Shown here: in pieces, positions 1 through 9,846 of the stretch
Layout of the letters: each line of letters begins with the position of its first letter
Position numbering within the stretch: position 1 is the stretch's first letter
Source of the DNA: an uncultured Chloroflexia bacterium
GTDB taxonomy: Bacteria; Chloroflexota; Limnocylindria; Limnocylindrales; CSP1-4
Length of the DNA: 64,000 nucleotides
Direction of reading: 5' to 3'
Assembly (NCBI GenBank): GCA_963833225.1
Contig: CAWHXD010000007.1
Span: 32,001-96,000, forward strand
The notes under the pieces: model-generated
What the model was told of the DNA's origin: nothing
What the model saw: only the letters and a program-made list of their open reading frames with translations
Databases searched by the model: none
Translations under genes and position numbers: made by a program

Positions 1-645
1 CCTCGCCCCATCGAACACGAGGCCGATCTTGACCTCGAGCTCGGTCCCGCTCGCGCGGTCGTGGACCATCGTGCCGTCGACGCTGACCCAGGCGGTGCCG
101 CCGCGTCTTGGCCGGTCGCGTCGGTCGGGATGGGCGCCCAGCAGGGCCTCCGTCTCGGCGGCCCTCGCTGCCTCGAGCGCCGCACCCTCGCTCGCCACCC
201 AGCGGTGGAGCTCGCTGCGCCCGATCGACCAGCCGCGCAGCTCGCCCGCGGTCTCGGCGGCTTTCGCATAGCTCATCTCGGTCACCAGCCACAGACCGCG
301 CTCGCGGACACCGAGGGTGTGCTGGGTCCGGGACTCGAGCCCGAGGGCGACATCGAGCGGCACGGTCTCGGTCCCGCACCCGGTGCAGCGGTACCGGCGG
401 CGCCGGAGCTCGACCTCACCCGTGAGCGTCACCAGCCGCCGCGGCGCCCGACCGTTCGCCTTCACGGCCCCGCCACAGCCCTCGCATGCGGCGGGTGTCG
501 GCAGAGACGCCTCGAGCTGGGTCACGAGGGCCCGCCACAGGGCGGTCCCGACCTCGGCCAGGGCCGCGCTCACGGTGCGCTCCAGCGAGCCGACGTCCGC
601 GTGGTCCGTCGCGAGATGCACCTGCACCGGGACCGTACACTCCAT
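1..645 (-). CDS. ISKra4/ISLre2 (UPF0236-like) transposase, N-terminal part; runs off the window
   Basis: Manual minus-strand translation from ATG 645: MECTVPVQ...CEGCGG...RRRRYRCTGCG (CxxC..CxxC)...EMSYAKAA...WVSVDGTMVH...EVKIGLVF, typical of this Mutator-like DDE family. Confidence 0.7.
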   Translation of the reverse strand, partial: MECTVPVQVHLATDHADVGSLERTVSAALAEVGTALWRALVTQLEASLPTPAACEGCGGAVKANGRAPRRLVTLTGEVELRRRRYRCTGCGTETVPLDVALGLESRTQHTLGVRERGLWLVTEMSYAKAAETAGELRGWSIGRSELHRWVASEGAALEAARAAETEALLGAHPDRRDRPRRGGTAWVSVDGTMVHDRASGTELEVKIGLVFDGAR

Positions 646-746
646 CGCGAGCCCCTCGTCACTGCTGCTGATGTCAGAACCAACAGCGTGACCGAAGGGG
701 CTCATCTCGTTCCGGCCGGCCCAGCACAGACGTTGGGATGCTTACC
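646..746 (-). mobile_element. Probable left end of the ISKra4-like element
   Basis: Imperfect hairpin GAGCCCCTCGTCAC...GTGACCGAAGGGGCTC at 649-703; candidate terminus GGTAAGCATCCCAAC (minus strand) near 746; the partner end is outside the window. Confidence 0.4.
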
Positions 747-762
747 TGCCCGCCGGACAGGC

Positions 763-804
763 TTGACGCACCAGGCACAGACACGTACGCTAGGACGTAC
801 GTAC
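763..804 (+). promoter_or_regulatory. sigma70-like promoter/operator of yefM-yoeB
   Basis: TTGACG(763)-17 bp-TACGCT(786), overlapped by CGTACG palindromes. Confidence 0.55.
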
Positions 805-818
805 AAGGGAGGCCGACC

Positions 819-1061
819 ATCACCACCGTCACCGCAACCGAAGCGCGCAAGCAGCTCTACAAGCTCCTTGACGACGTGTCCAACTCGCATGAGCCGGTCC
901 AGATCACCGGCAAGCGCGGCAACGCAGTGCTGGTCGGTGAGGATGACTGGCGCGCCGTCCAGGAGACCCTGTACCTCGTGTCCATCCCGGGCATGCGCGA
1001 GTCGATCATCGAGGGCATCGGGACGCCCGTGGAGGAACTCGACGGCGAACTCCGCTGGTGA
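819..1061 (+). CDS. yefM: Phd/YefM antitoxin
   Basis: TVTATEARKQLYKLLDDV...HEPVQITGKRGNAVLV...ETLYL; RBS AGGGAGG followed by ATC rather than ATG. Confidence 0.85.
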   Translation: MTTVTATEARKQLYKLLDDVSNSHEPVQITGKRGNAVLVGEDDWRAVQETLYLVSIPGMRESIIEGIGTPVEELDGELRW

Positions 1062-1321
1062 GCTGGAGCCTTGTCTACACCAGGCAGGCCCAGAAGGACG
1101 CCGAGAAGCTCGCCGCAGCCGGCCTGAAGCCCAAGGCCGAAGCCCTGCTGGCGATCCTCGCCGGGAACCCCTACCAGACGCCGCCCACCTTCGAGAAGCT
1201 CGTGGGCGACCTGTCGGGAGCGTACTCCCGGCGCATCAGCCTTCAGCACCGCCTGGTCTACCAGGTCCTCGACGATGCCAAGACCGTGAAGGTGCTCCGG
1301 ATGTGGACGCACTACCAGTAG
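1058..1321 (+). CDS. yoeB: Txe/YoeB toxin
   Basis: FEKLVGDLSGAYSRRISLQHRLVY...LRMWTHY; 4-bp overlap with the antitoxin. Confidence 0.92.
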   Translation: MSWSLVYTRQAQKDAEKLAAAGLKPKAEALLAILAGNPYQTPPTFEKLVGDLSGAYSRRISLQHRLVYQVLDDAKTVKVLRMWTHYQ

Positions 1322-1400
1322 GCCAGCCGCGGAGTCACCCGAGGCGCACCGGCAGCGGCCAAGCGACCGGGACAAAGAGGTCGGTGCCGGTGGTTTGAGA

Positions 1401-1416
1401 CCTCTCGCCCCGACCA
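1401..1416 (+). repeat. att-like core copy (type A arm)
   Basis: Exact CCTCTCGCCCCGACCA followed by GATCGACC, as at 3988 and 14025. Confidence 0.9.
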
Positions 1417-1559
1417 GATCGACCTTCTTCGTGCTCAGAACAGCCCGTCTCGAGGCCCTCGGCCAACGCCCCTGGTCACCCCAATGGTCTGGGCGCGCCG
1501 CCATGGCCAATCCCCCACGATCCATGCCAACCTCGGCCTTGGCTCAGCGGCGCGAATGC

Positions 1560-1880
1560 TCAGTCGGGCCTGACGCTTATCACCACATTGCCCTTCTTAT
1601 GCCCCTTCTCGACGTACTCGTGCGCCTCGCGAACGGCCTCGAGCGGATAGGTCCGATCGACCACCGCCCGAAGCGAGCCCGCCTCGAGCATGTCGCGGAG
1701 GTACCAGAGGTCGGCGAGCTTCTCGGTGGTGCTCGAGCGAACCGACCAGCGTCCGCGGCGACATCGTCACGTGTGTAGTCGATCACTCGCTCCGCGCCCA
1801 ATGACCGCACGAGGTCCAGGTCGGCCGTGCTGGACACCCCGGTGACGCGGGCACCGACAAGCCCCACAACCTCCATTCGA
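1560..1880 (-). pseudogene. NAD(P)-dependent zinc-type alcohol dehydrogenase/quinone oxidoreductase, C-terminal fragment
   Basis: GARVTGVSSTADLDLVRSLGAERVIDYT, then frameshift to AVVDRTYPLEAVREAHEYVEKGHKKGNVVI. Confidence 0.7.
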
Positions 1881-2000
1881 TCGTTGACAATGAAGACATA
1901 GGGGGACACGATCAACCTAAACCTTCAATCTCTTGGGGAGAATGAAGGCCTGCGAGGAGTGATTGCGGGCGGGGACGGCTCGGATCGATGGCCGCCGCCG

Positions 2001-2037
2001 TCGAAATCGTCGTCCTGAGTCGTGTCGCCCTGACAGA
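2001..2037 (+). repeat. Degenerate att copy (type B arm)
   Basis: TCGAAATCGTCGTC-CTGAGT-CGTGTCGCCCTGACAGA resembles the 10504-10541 and 15122-15159 copies. Confidence 0.65.
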
Positions 2038-2067
2038 TTGCGGATCTGAGTATGCGCCGCTGGCTGT

Positions 2068-3610
2068 TCACGGATGGCTCGCCGTGACCTCAAAGAGTTG
2101 CCATTCGCCCGGCACCCCGCGCAGTGCATGTTGTCCCGCGTCCTGCATTGGCACATCGGGAAGTGCGGAGGCCAGGTCTGCGGAGACGAGGATGTCCCCC
2201 GCCCCGGCTGTTCCCATCACCCGCGCGGCCGCGTGGACAGCCAGCCCGCTCACCTGTTCGCCACGCATCTCCACGTCGCCCAGGTGCAGGCCCGTTCGGA
2301 CGCGAAGACCGAGCCTCCCCACGCTTCCACGCATCGCCACCGCGCAGCGGATCGCGTTGCCCGGTCGATCGAAGACGGCGAAGAAGGCGTCGCCGGCCGT
2401 ATTGACCTCGCGGCCACGATACCGCGCCAGCTCCTGGCGCACCGCTGCCCTGTAGGCGTCAAGGACCTCCCGCCAGCGCTCGTCGCCCAGCGTGACGATC
2501 GCCTGGGTGGATTCCACGATGTCGGTGAACAGGAGGGTCAACCGGCTGCGCGCGGGCAGTGCTCGGTCGACGATCGGCCGCAGTCGATGACGCACCGGGG
2601 CGAAGGCGAGCCCGGCGGCCAAGCCCACTGCGGCCGCCATCAGATTGGAGCCCGACCGAACCTTGCCTGCAGTACGTTTTGCGCCACCACGTTTGCCGCG
2701 CCGAACACCACGAGCAGCACCAGGCTGACGGCCCCGTAGAGGGCAGTCCGGTTCAGGAACAGGTCAAGGTCGTAGAGTCGATAGCGAAGCATTGCGACCG
2801 CGAAACCGAGTGGCATGGCGATCCCGAAGCCGGCAACCGTGGTGACCGTCACCAACACGTTGACCTGGTCGAGTGGGACGATCAGCAGCGCGCCGACGTT
2901 GAGGCCAACGTTCAGGAACACCGCGAATGCCGTCGACCATGCGATCCAGCGCAGCTGCAACGCCTCCTCGCCCTGCGACCGCCTCAGCCGGAGCACGATG
3001 GCCACGCCGGCAGCCGCCACGATGCCCAGACCGGCCAGGTACAGGACGATGCCAAGCGGCGAGAGCGCCAGGCCCTCGAGCTCCGGCACGCCGGTCGGGT
3101 TGGGGGCGCCGGGCAGGGTACGGAGCTCGAGCCCGCGCGGGTCCAGCACCGTTGCGATCACCAGGAGCACGGTGACGGCCACCGCCGACCGCGCCACCCA
3201 CCGCCAGCGGCGCGACAGCAGCCGGCCATTCGGAACAAGCAGGAGGACGATCGGCGCCAGCCCAGCGGGGTACACCAGCGTGAGGGCAACGCTGCCGAAC
3301 CACGGGATCCATGACGTGAAGGGTGCCTGCGGGTTGGTATCGAGGGCGTAGCGCGTGAACTGCGTGGCTGCGCCGTTCAAACCCATGACCAGCGCCATCG
3401 CCAGGAAGATCCAGCTGTGGCGTTCCCGGTCTGGCGCGACGCGACCAGGGCGCCGAGGATGCCGAAGCTGACGGGCAGCACGATCTCGGCCGCGCTTGTC
3501 TGATCGAGCGTCTGGATCGACGCGCGATTGACGAACGCGAGCAGGGCGGTGCCGGCCGCGGCCAGCAGCGTAGCGACGCAGATCGACCACGCGAGGAGAC
3601 GGGCGCTCAC
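2068..3610 (-). pseudogene. Multi-TM membrane protein with class III adenylate/guanylate cyclase domain, split by two frameshifts
   Basis: LLFTDIVEST...AGDAFFAVF...RTGLHLGDVE...GLAVHAAARV in 2068-2640; hydrophobic segments in 2640-3420 and 3377-3610. Confidence 0.75.
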
Positions 3611-3830
3611 ACGGGGATGCTAACGGACGCGCTCCGCGCAGAGGAACCCGAAGATGACTGGTTCTGGCTGGTCTTCAGGGCGCCACATTCCGCGAGCATG
3701 TGAGCCGGCACGACGGGTACGAGGCGTCTGGGGCCGCAGCCGGCGTGTGCTAGGCAAACCGCTCGACGCGACCGCCGCCTGAGCCACCGCCCACGATCCT
3801 GATGGTCAGTTGGGAATTGCCGCAATGACT

Positions 3831-3846
3831 CCTCTCGCCCAGACCA
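3831..3846 (+). repeat. att-like core copy (1 mismatch)
   Basis: CCTCTCGCCCAGACCA. Confidence 0.8.
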
Positions 3847-3888
3847 GCTCGCTTCAGCACCGGATTCGTGCGTGGATTCATGCCCAGG

Positions 3889-5290
3889 TCAGGCAGTGGC
3901 GCTGCTGACCCACCGCTCCGTGCCCGTCAGAGCGAGCTCCAGCGGCCATGAGACCGGGACACTAGGGTCGGTACTGGTGGTTTGTCTCCTCTCGCCCCGA
4001 CCAGATCGACCAATCGAGATTGATTGGTCCCCAGCCCCGAAGGCTGCATCCCATCCGTGGGCCTTCGCGCTGGCGGTCAGCGTGAACGAGAAGTCGGTCG
4101 CCCCCAGCACGTCGATCCGCTCGAACACGGCTTCCGCGATCGCGTGCCGCCCGGCATCCGAGGTCTTCGCCCACAGCTCTGGCAGCGACTCCAGGTACTC
4201 CCGCGCCTCGGCGGCGGTCGGGATGCGTGACGGGCGGACCACCGCAGCCTGAGCCTCGGCGTCGAGCCGCGCCATCGTCGCCTCCAGCCGACCGAGGTCG
4301 CGATCCTTCGCGAACCGCAGGGCCGCCTGGTCACGCTCCCTGGTGATGCGGGCCTGGGCCAGGACGTCTCCGTTGTCGGGCTCCGGTCGCCTGGCCAGGG
4401 CGACCGTGCTGGCCTTGAGCGTCGACGAGACGGCCACGTGCTTGAATGCGAGGCCGATCGCGTCCTCGTACACCTCGACCTTGTAGGACTCGCCCTTGAC
4501 GCGGTGGTCGAGGTTCGTCTTCGCATTGCGCCGGTGGCGGCGCGGGGCAGCCGCCCGAAACGCCTCGCAGGCGTCCAGATGGCGGTACCGCCCGACGTGG
4601 CCGGTCAGGCGGCGGCCGCAGGCCGCGCAGGCCAGGAGCCCGGCAAGGCCGTACTGGCGGCGGTTGACCCCGCCGCGGTGCCGGCGGCTGTACCGGGCGC
4701 GCATCGCCTGGACGTGCTCCCAGGTGCCGGCGTCGACGAGCGCGCCCAGGGCTGACGGCTCGCCGGTCCGGAGGCGCCCCACATAGAAGGGGTTGGTCAG
4801 CACCTCCGCGACGTGCGTCGGCGCGAGGCCCGTGGCCTTCCCGACCTCGCGGTCGGTTCGCCCGCCTGCCGCGAGCTCGTAGGCGCGGCGGACGAGGCAA
4901 GCGCTCCTCGTCGACGGTAATCGTCCGGCCATCCCGCACCGTCCCCAACGGCGCCTTGTTGCCGCCCGGGACGCCGAGCCGCCGGCGCTTCGCCGCATAG
5001 CCCTCCCGGATCCGCTTCGCCAGCCGCCGGCTGTACGCCTCGGCCTCGACCGCCTCTCGGGCCCAGCGCTCCCACTCGTCCTCGTCGGTCGAGAGGACCC
5101 GCTCGTCGGCGAACAGGATCACCGCGCCTCGGGCGTGGAGGTCGTGGCGGGCGTTGACCGCGGTCCGCAGGTCCCGGGCGAAGCGGCTGACATAGCCGAC
5201 GACGAGGACCTCCCAGTCCTCGCCCGCGCCGGCGAGCATCTCCGCCCACTGGCCGGTCGCCGCGATCGTCCGCCCCGAGTGGGCAACCTC
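3889..5290 (-). pseudogene. Large serine recombinase (resolvase + recombinase + Zn-ribbon + coiled coil); N-terminus missing, frameshift near 4900
   Basis: HSGRT...VGYVSRFARD (resolvase SR..R motif), EAEAYSRRLAKRIREG, EVLTNPFYVG, LAGLLACAACGRRL; the att core sits inside its last ~40 codons. Confidence 0.85.
3988..4003 (+). repeat. att-like core copy within the LSR 3' end (type A arm)
   Basis: Exact core; the minus strand reads GRSGRGERRQTTSTD across it. Confidence 0.92.
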
Positions 5291-5370
5291 GTGGGGGTCA
5301 GAAACCCCGATTCGATCACGCAGCGACTCGGTCGTGCTCGTGGATCAGGCCGCCGAGTGCGGACTTCATG
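5291..5370 (-). mobile_element. 3' end remnant of an rve-type (IS3/IS481-like) IS abutting the truncated LSR
   Basis: LGGLIHEHDRVAA* followed by GGGGTTTCTGACCCCCAC. Confidence 0.55.
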
Positions 5371-5531
5371 GGTTTTGGCCACCCGGTTTCACGGCGGGTT
5401 CCACCCGAGCGCCGAAGCACTGCGAGATGGTTAGGCACTTCTCTTTGGCCTGACCCTCACGGGTACGACTTGCACAATAGGGAGAGGCAGCCTACTATAG
5501 CGTCATTACTGGCACTATTGTAGGAGCAGCC

Positions 5532-6167
5532 ATGGACCTGGGTCGGCCGATCCGAGCCGTCGTTCCGTCGCTCGACGGGCCCGTGCTCGAGGTGCTCGCG
5601 GGCACGTCGCGACCGCTGACCATCTTCGAGGTCCAGCGTCTCGCGGGCGTCGGGAGCCCTTCGGGGATCCGTAAGGTCCTCGAGCGCCTCACGCGCGAGG
5701 GCGTGGTCGAGGTCGACCGTCGCGCCAATGCCGCCTACTACACGGCCAACCGGGAGCACCTTGCGTGGCCCGCGGTCGAGATCCTCGTCGGGCTGCGGAG
5801 CGCGCTGTTCCGGTTGCTGGCGTCAGAGATCCACGCCTTCGCGGTCCCTCCCGTCCATGCCTCGCTCTTCGGCTCCGCCGCTCGGGCCGACGGAGACGCG
5901 GAGAGCGACATCGACGTCCTTCTTGTCAAGCCCACCCTCGATGACGTCGCCGAGGAAGCCTGGGCCTCGCAGCTCGACACGCTCCGTGCGCGCGTCCTCA
6001 CGCGCACCGGCAACCGCTGTCAGGCGTTCGACCTCTCGCTCTCCCGGCTGGCCGAGCACGTCGGCGCCGACGACGCACTCCTCCGGTCCTGGCTTGCCGA
6101 TGGCGTCCTCCTGTTCGGGCAGCCGCTCTCGGACCTCGTCGATCAGGCAAAGGCGGTGGTCGCCTGA
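5532..6167 (+). CDS. HTH + minimal nucleotidyltransferase (MNT-type antitoxin)
   Basis: N-terminal wHTH; SLFGSAARADGDAESDIDVLLV (GS..DxD). Confidence 0.8.
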   Translation: MDLGRPIRAVVPSLDGPVLEVLAGTSRPLTIFEVQRLAGVGSPSGIRKVLERLTREGVVEVDRRANAAYYTANREHLAWPAVEILVGLRSALFRLLASEIHAFAVPPVHASLFGSAARADGDAESDIDVLLVKPTLDDVAEEAWASQLDTLRARVLTRTGNRCQAFDLSLSRLAEHVGADDALLRSWLADGVLLFGQPLSDLVDQAKAVVA

Positions 6168-6586
6168 TGGCGCGGGCGAGCGGACGGACCGCGACGTGCG
6201 GGCGGGCCGAGGCGATCGCGCGCCTGCGCCAGGCGCGCGCATTCGTCGAGGTCGCCGAGCTCTGTCTCGCCGACGTGGACAACCCGGACCTGCCGCTCCG
6301 TGGGGTCGCGGGTGCGCTCGCCGCGCTCGGCGGGATCGCCGCGTCGGACGCCGCATGCTGCGCACGACTCGGGCGACGCTCGAGGGGCCAGGATCACGCC
6401 CAGGCGATCACGCTCGTCGCCACCGTCCGCCCCGATGGCGAGCGGTTGGCGCGTGACCTCGGTCGACTCATCGCGATCAAGGACAACGTCCACTACGACG
6501 CGATCATGATCTCGATGACCGATGCGAAGGCTGCGGTCGCTCAGGCAAAGCGCATGGTCGGGATCGTCGACGAGCTCCTTCGCTGA
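6167..6586 (+). CDS. HEPN-like protein, partner of MNT
   Basis: Helical 139 aa, coupled to MNT; GIAASDAAC and LIAIKDNVHY (K instead of R in the Rx4-6H motif). Confidence 0.65.
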   Translation: MARASGRTATCGRAEAIARLRQARAFVEVAELCLADVDNPDLPLRGVAGALAALGGIAASDAACCARLGRRSRGQDHAQAITLVATVRPDGERLARDLGRLIAIKDNVHYDAIMISMTDAKAAVAQAKRMVGIVDELLR

Positions 6587-6843
6587 CGACCGCGCGAACG
6601 CAGTCAGGCCTGCGGCTGCACCACCACCGGGAGCGCGCGTGTGCGCGCATGGAAGGCTTGGCGATTTCCTGCCGATTCCAACGGGGCCGGGACAGGCTCC
6701 GCGTCGGCACGAAGCTGGATCGATACCACAGCGCCGCGCTCGGCGAGTCACGCCGCGGCGGACGGCAGGGCTTTGGGCCCGCCGACGCGGATCGGCAAAG
6801 GCCACGTGATCGGGACGTCAAGGTCGGTCGTGGAGGTTTGTCT

Positions 6844-6859
6844 CCTCTCGCCCCGACCA
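6844..6859 (+). repeat. att-like core copy (type A arm)
   Basis: Exact core; 6811-6861 is identical over 51 bp to 22269-22319. Confidence 0.95.
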
Positions 6860-7097
6860 GAACATCCGTTCGACGGATCCGGCCGTGCCCCCTGTCAGCA
6901 ACAAAGACGACGCAGGCGGGCCTGATCCGGATCGTGCCCGTGCCGCCGCCGACACCAGCGATGGTCGTGCTGCTATCCACAACGACGGCCGTCGGTCCCC
7001 AGTCGGGTCCCGATGGACGGTCGGATCCTGCTGGACGCGTGCAGCCTCCGATCATCAGCGCCAGAGCGGCAGCGAGGACCAGCCGGGAACCGGTCAA
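6860..7097 (-). pseudogene. Putative lipoprotein N-terminus that runs into the att core
   Basis: MTGSRLVLAAALALMIGGC lipobox-like signal. Confidence 0.45.
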
Positions 7098-7290
7098 TTC
7101 AGGAGCACCTGGTACTGAGCTCCAAGCCCATCGTCGGCCCAGACCAGCTTGCTGAAGACGGGATGGTTGTTGGCAACAAGATAGCCATGTGTCACGCCAA
7201 CGCCCTTGTGGTCAATGAACCACGGGCTTCCGCTGTCACCACCTTGGACCTGGCCGGGCGTGTCCATCTCGACCATCTCCATCTGGAGAC
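7094..7290 (-). pseudogene. Trypsin-like serine protease C-terminal fragment
   Basis: GGDSGSPWF catalytic-Ser motif; upstream catalytic residues not seen. Confidence 0.5.
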
Positions 7291-7494
7291 CACCGTTGAG
7301 GATCAGTACCGCCGGCCGGCGCTGTCGTCGGGCCGGCTCCGGTTCTTCCCCGGCCGGGCGACGCCGAAGCCGTGTCGGTTGCCATCTGTTGTGCGACCAA
7401 CCGCCCGCGACGGGGGATCGACCGGCACTTGATCGCTCGGCGCCATTGTTCATAATTTGGATGTACAACATGAGATTAGTTCCGAGGCAACCCG

Positions 7495-8058
7495 GTGACA
7501 ACGGCTCAGCAGCATCCAATCCACAGGTCCGACGCCGTGCGGCGCCCGCCGCCGGATCGCTGGCGACGGCTGAGCATCGTCGTGGCCGGCATCGCACTGG
7601 TCGTGTTCGGTGCGGCCTGGATGCACGTCGGGGCAGGGGCGGGCACCGGGATCATCGCGGCCGCGAACGGTGGCATCGATCCGCTTTCGTACCTTGACTG
7701 CAAGTTCGACGAGACCGGGTGTGTCCGGACGCCGCTCGCGGTCGGGGACGGCTTCCTCGTCATCTGCGAGAACTTCACCGCGAACACGTCCCCGGGGGGC
7801 ATTGCGCGCGTCGTCTCCGTGTACGGGCCTGGTAACCCGGTCCTGGAGGAGTACACGGGCGCCCTGCCCATGGCCCTCAAGTGGGGCGACAAGCTCGAGG
7901 CCGTGATCAAGGCGATGGGTCGGCCGAGCCGGATCTCCGACCTGTACGGCCCTCCGACGTTCGTCTACACGTTCACCGGCGAACGATATGGATCGCTCGA
8001 GCTCCAGTTCGACGCCGAGGACCATCTCGTCCGGATCAACGCGGGCCTGACCCGCTGA
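7495..8058 (+). CDS. Hypothetical membrane-anchored/exported protein
   Basis: Single N-terminal TM, 187 aa, protein-like composition. Confidence 0.65.
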   Translation: MTTAQQHPIHRSDAVRRPPPDRWRRLSIVVAGIALVVFGAAWMHVGAGAGTGIIAAANGGIDPLSYLDCKFDETGCVRTPLAVGDGFLVICENFTANTSPGGIARVVSVYGPGNPVLEEYTGALPMALKWGDKLEAVIKAMGRPSRISDLYGPPTFVYTFTGERYGSLELQFDAEDHLVRINAGLTR

Positions 8059-8179
8059 CCAGCTGGGGTTCCCACGGGCCCCGGCGCGTCTTCTCTCGTG
8101 TGCCGGCCAGCGGTTGAACGGTCAGGTGTGACTCTGTCTGCGCCGCCTGGCGGCACGTCTGTCGGGTGGCGAGCGGCGC

Positions 8180-8736
8180 CCGCGGTTGTAGTGCTCAGCG
8201 TAGATGCGGAGCGTGCCGTCGAGGTGCCGCCGACCGAGGATGAGGGTCCAGTCGAGGCACTCGGTTCGCATCGTCTCGATGACCCGTTCCGCGTAGGCGT
8301 TCGCGTTCGGAGCCCGGACCGGGGTGCGGATGACCCGGATCCTCTCCGAGCGCAGCACCGCGTCGAACGGGCCGCTGAACTTCGCGTCCCGGTCCCGGAT
8401 GAGAAACTGGAAAGCCGGTGACCGACCGTCGAGCCCGAGCGCGAGGTTGCGGGCCTGCTGGGTGACCCACGCCGCGTCGGGGTGCGCCGTCGCGGGGCTG
8501 AGGTGGATCCTCCGGCTGCCGAGCTCGATGAACACGAGGACGTAGAGGGTCCGGAGCCAGGCCGTCTCGACGGTGAAGAAGTCGCACGCGATGATGCCCT
8601 CCGCCTCTGCCCGCAGGAACTCGGTCCACGTCGGGCCTCTGCGCCGGCGGGCAGTACCCAGTCGCGCCGACCGGAGCAGGGTGCGGATCGTCGTCGCACC
8701 CACTCTGAAGCCGAGTTTGCGGAGCTCGCCCCCGAT
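8180..8736 (-). pseudogene. rve integrase-core (IS3/IS481-like) transposase fragment
   Basis: IIACDFFTVET...LIRDRDAKF...PNANAYAERVIETMRTECLD...HYN. Confidence 0.85.
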
Positions 8737-8857
8737 CCGTGCAGATCTGGCTCCGGTGATCGGTGCCGTGGTGGACGACCTGCGCGAGTCGGAAGCCAAG
8801 CGGCGAGTGGAAGTCCCAGCCGTCGCCGTGCTCGACGATGTCGGCATCGCCGTCGGG
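8737..8857 (-). pseudogene. DinB-family fragment, near-copy of 37675-37795
   Basis: DIVEHGDGWDFHSPLGFRLAQVVHHGTDHRSQICT. Confidence 0.75.
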
Positions 8858-8970
8858 TCTCGCCGCGAGCAGGCCTCGGCAAGCACGTGGCACAGCTTCT
8901 CGTAGAGGATAACGGCTTGGGGAAACGCTTCGAGCCCGTCCCCGAGAGGGCGAGATCAGTCTCCATTGTG

Positions 8971-9639
8971 CTAGCTGTCGTCGTCCTCGAAATCCGGCCA
9001 GGCCGCGATGTCGACGCCGTGGTTCTCGGGCGAAGCAAGCGTCCACCATTGGGGCGCGTGTGTTTCATCGGCCAGGCGCCCGCCCGCGGCGAGAGCCGCC
9101 GCGACTCGTGCCTCTGCCTGATCCGCGGGCACGCTGACGTCGATGTGCGTGCGGCCGCGGCCAGGCTTGGGAGGGCGCAGGCGTTGGAACGAGACGTGTG
9201 GATTGCGCCTGTGTCGATCGACAACGTCCTCATCCGCGCCGAGGCTCTTGTACCCGAGTACGGCGGCCCAGAACGGACCAACATCGCTGCCGGCATCCTG
9301 CGCCACGGCGATGCCGATGACCTGGACCTGGGAGGGGTCTGGCTCGACCTGCAACCGCCGAGCCTCGACCGAGATCCGGCGGGCCAGATCAACATCGCGC
9401 TGGCTCAAGGCCCCGTACTCTCCGGAGGCTGTGCGGACAGTCACTCCCTCCGGCCGCAGGTCAACGTCGGGGAAGTGGCCAACGGCCTCGGCAACCTCGG
9501 CGATTGCCGCCACGAACCTGGCGCCGTGCTCGAACGACCTGACACGGAAGTAGGCGTGTGCGCCCGAGAACAGGACCCGCCAGTCCTCGACTCCGTCAGC
9601 GTCGTGGAAGGCTCGGGCCGTCGTTCTCCTCTCGCTCAT
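8971..9639 (-). CDS. Pterin-4a-carbinolamine dehydratase + VOC/glyoxalase-like fusion
   Basis: AEAVGHFPDVDLR; FWAAVLGY...RTHIDV...WWTLASPENHGVDI. Confidence 0.8.
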   Translation of the reverse strand: MSERRTTARAFHDADGVEDWRVLFSGAHAYFRVRSFEHGARFVAAIAEVAEAVGHFPDVDLRPEGVTVRTASGEYGALSQRDVDLARRISVEARRLQVEPDPSQVQVIGIAVAQDAGSDVGPFWAAVLGYKSLGADEDVVDRHRRNPHVSFQRLRPPKPGRGRTHIDVSVPADQAEARVAAALAAGGRLADETHAPQWWTLASPENHGVDIAAWPDFEDDDS

Positions 9640-9740
9640 CCAGGAACCATAGACCTCGCGGACCCGGGAGGTTCACCAGGAACCGAGAGCTGCGTATACG
9701 AGTGCGTCTTGCGCTCCGCGCGATCCTGAGCAAGACTGCT

Positions 9741-9795
9741 GACCGTCTTTCACGGGGACGACGCTCGCCCCGAAGGCCGCGTCCCAGCCCTGGCG
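9741..9795 (-). pseudogene. Short LSR C-terminal remnant (att right arm, core eroded)
   Basis: TTCACGGGGACGACGCTCGCCCCGAAGGCCGCGTCCCA aligns with 14053-14090 (GWDAAFGA). Confidence 0.65.
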
Positions 9796-9846
9796 CCCAT
9801 CGCCGAGCGGCACCAGGTCCGCTCATCGTGATGCTATGATGCGCAG

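Noticed and set aside
7131-7150. GTCGGCCCAGACCAGC as another att copy
   Set aside because: Too many mismatches, no arm similarity, and it lies inside the protease fragment
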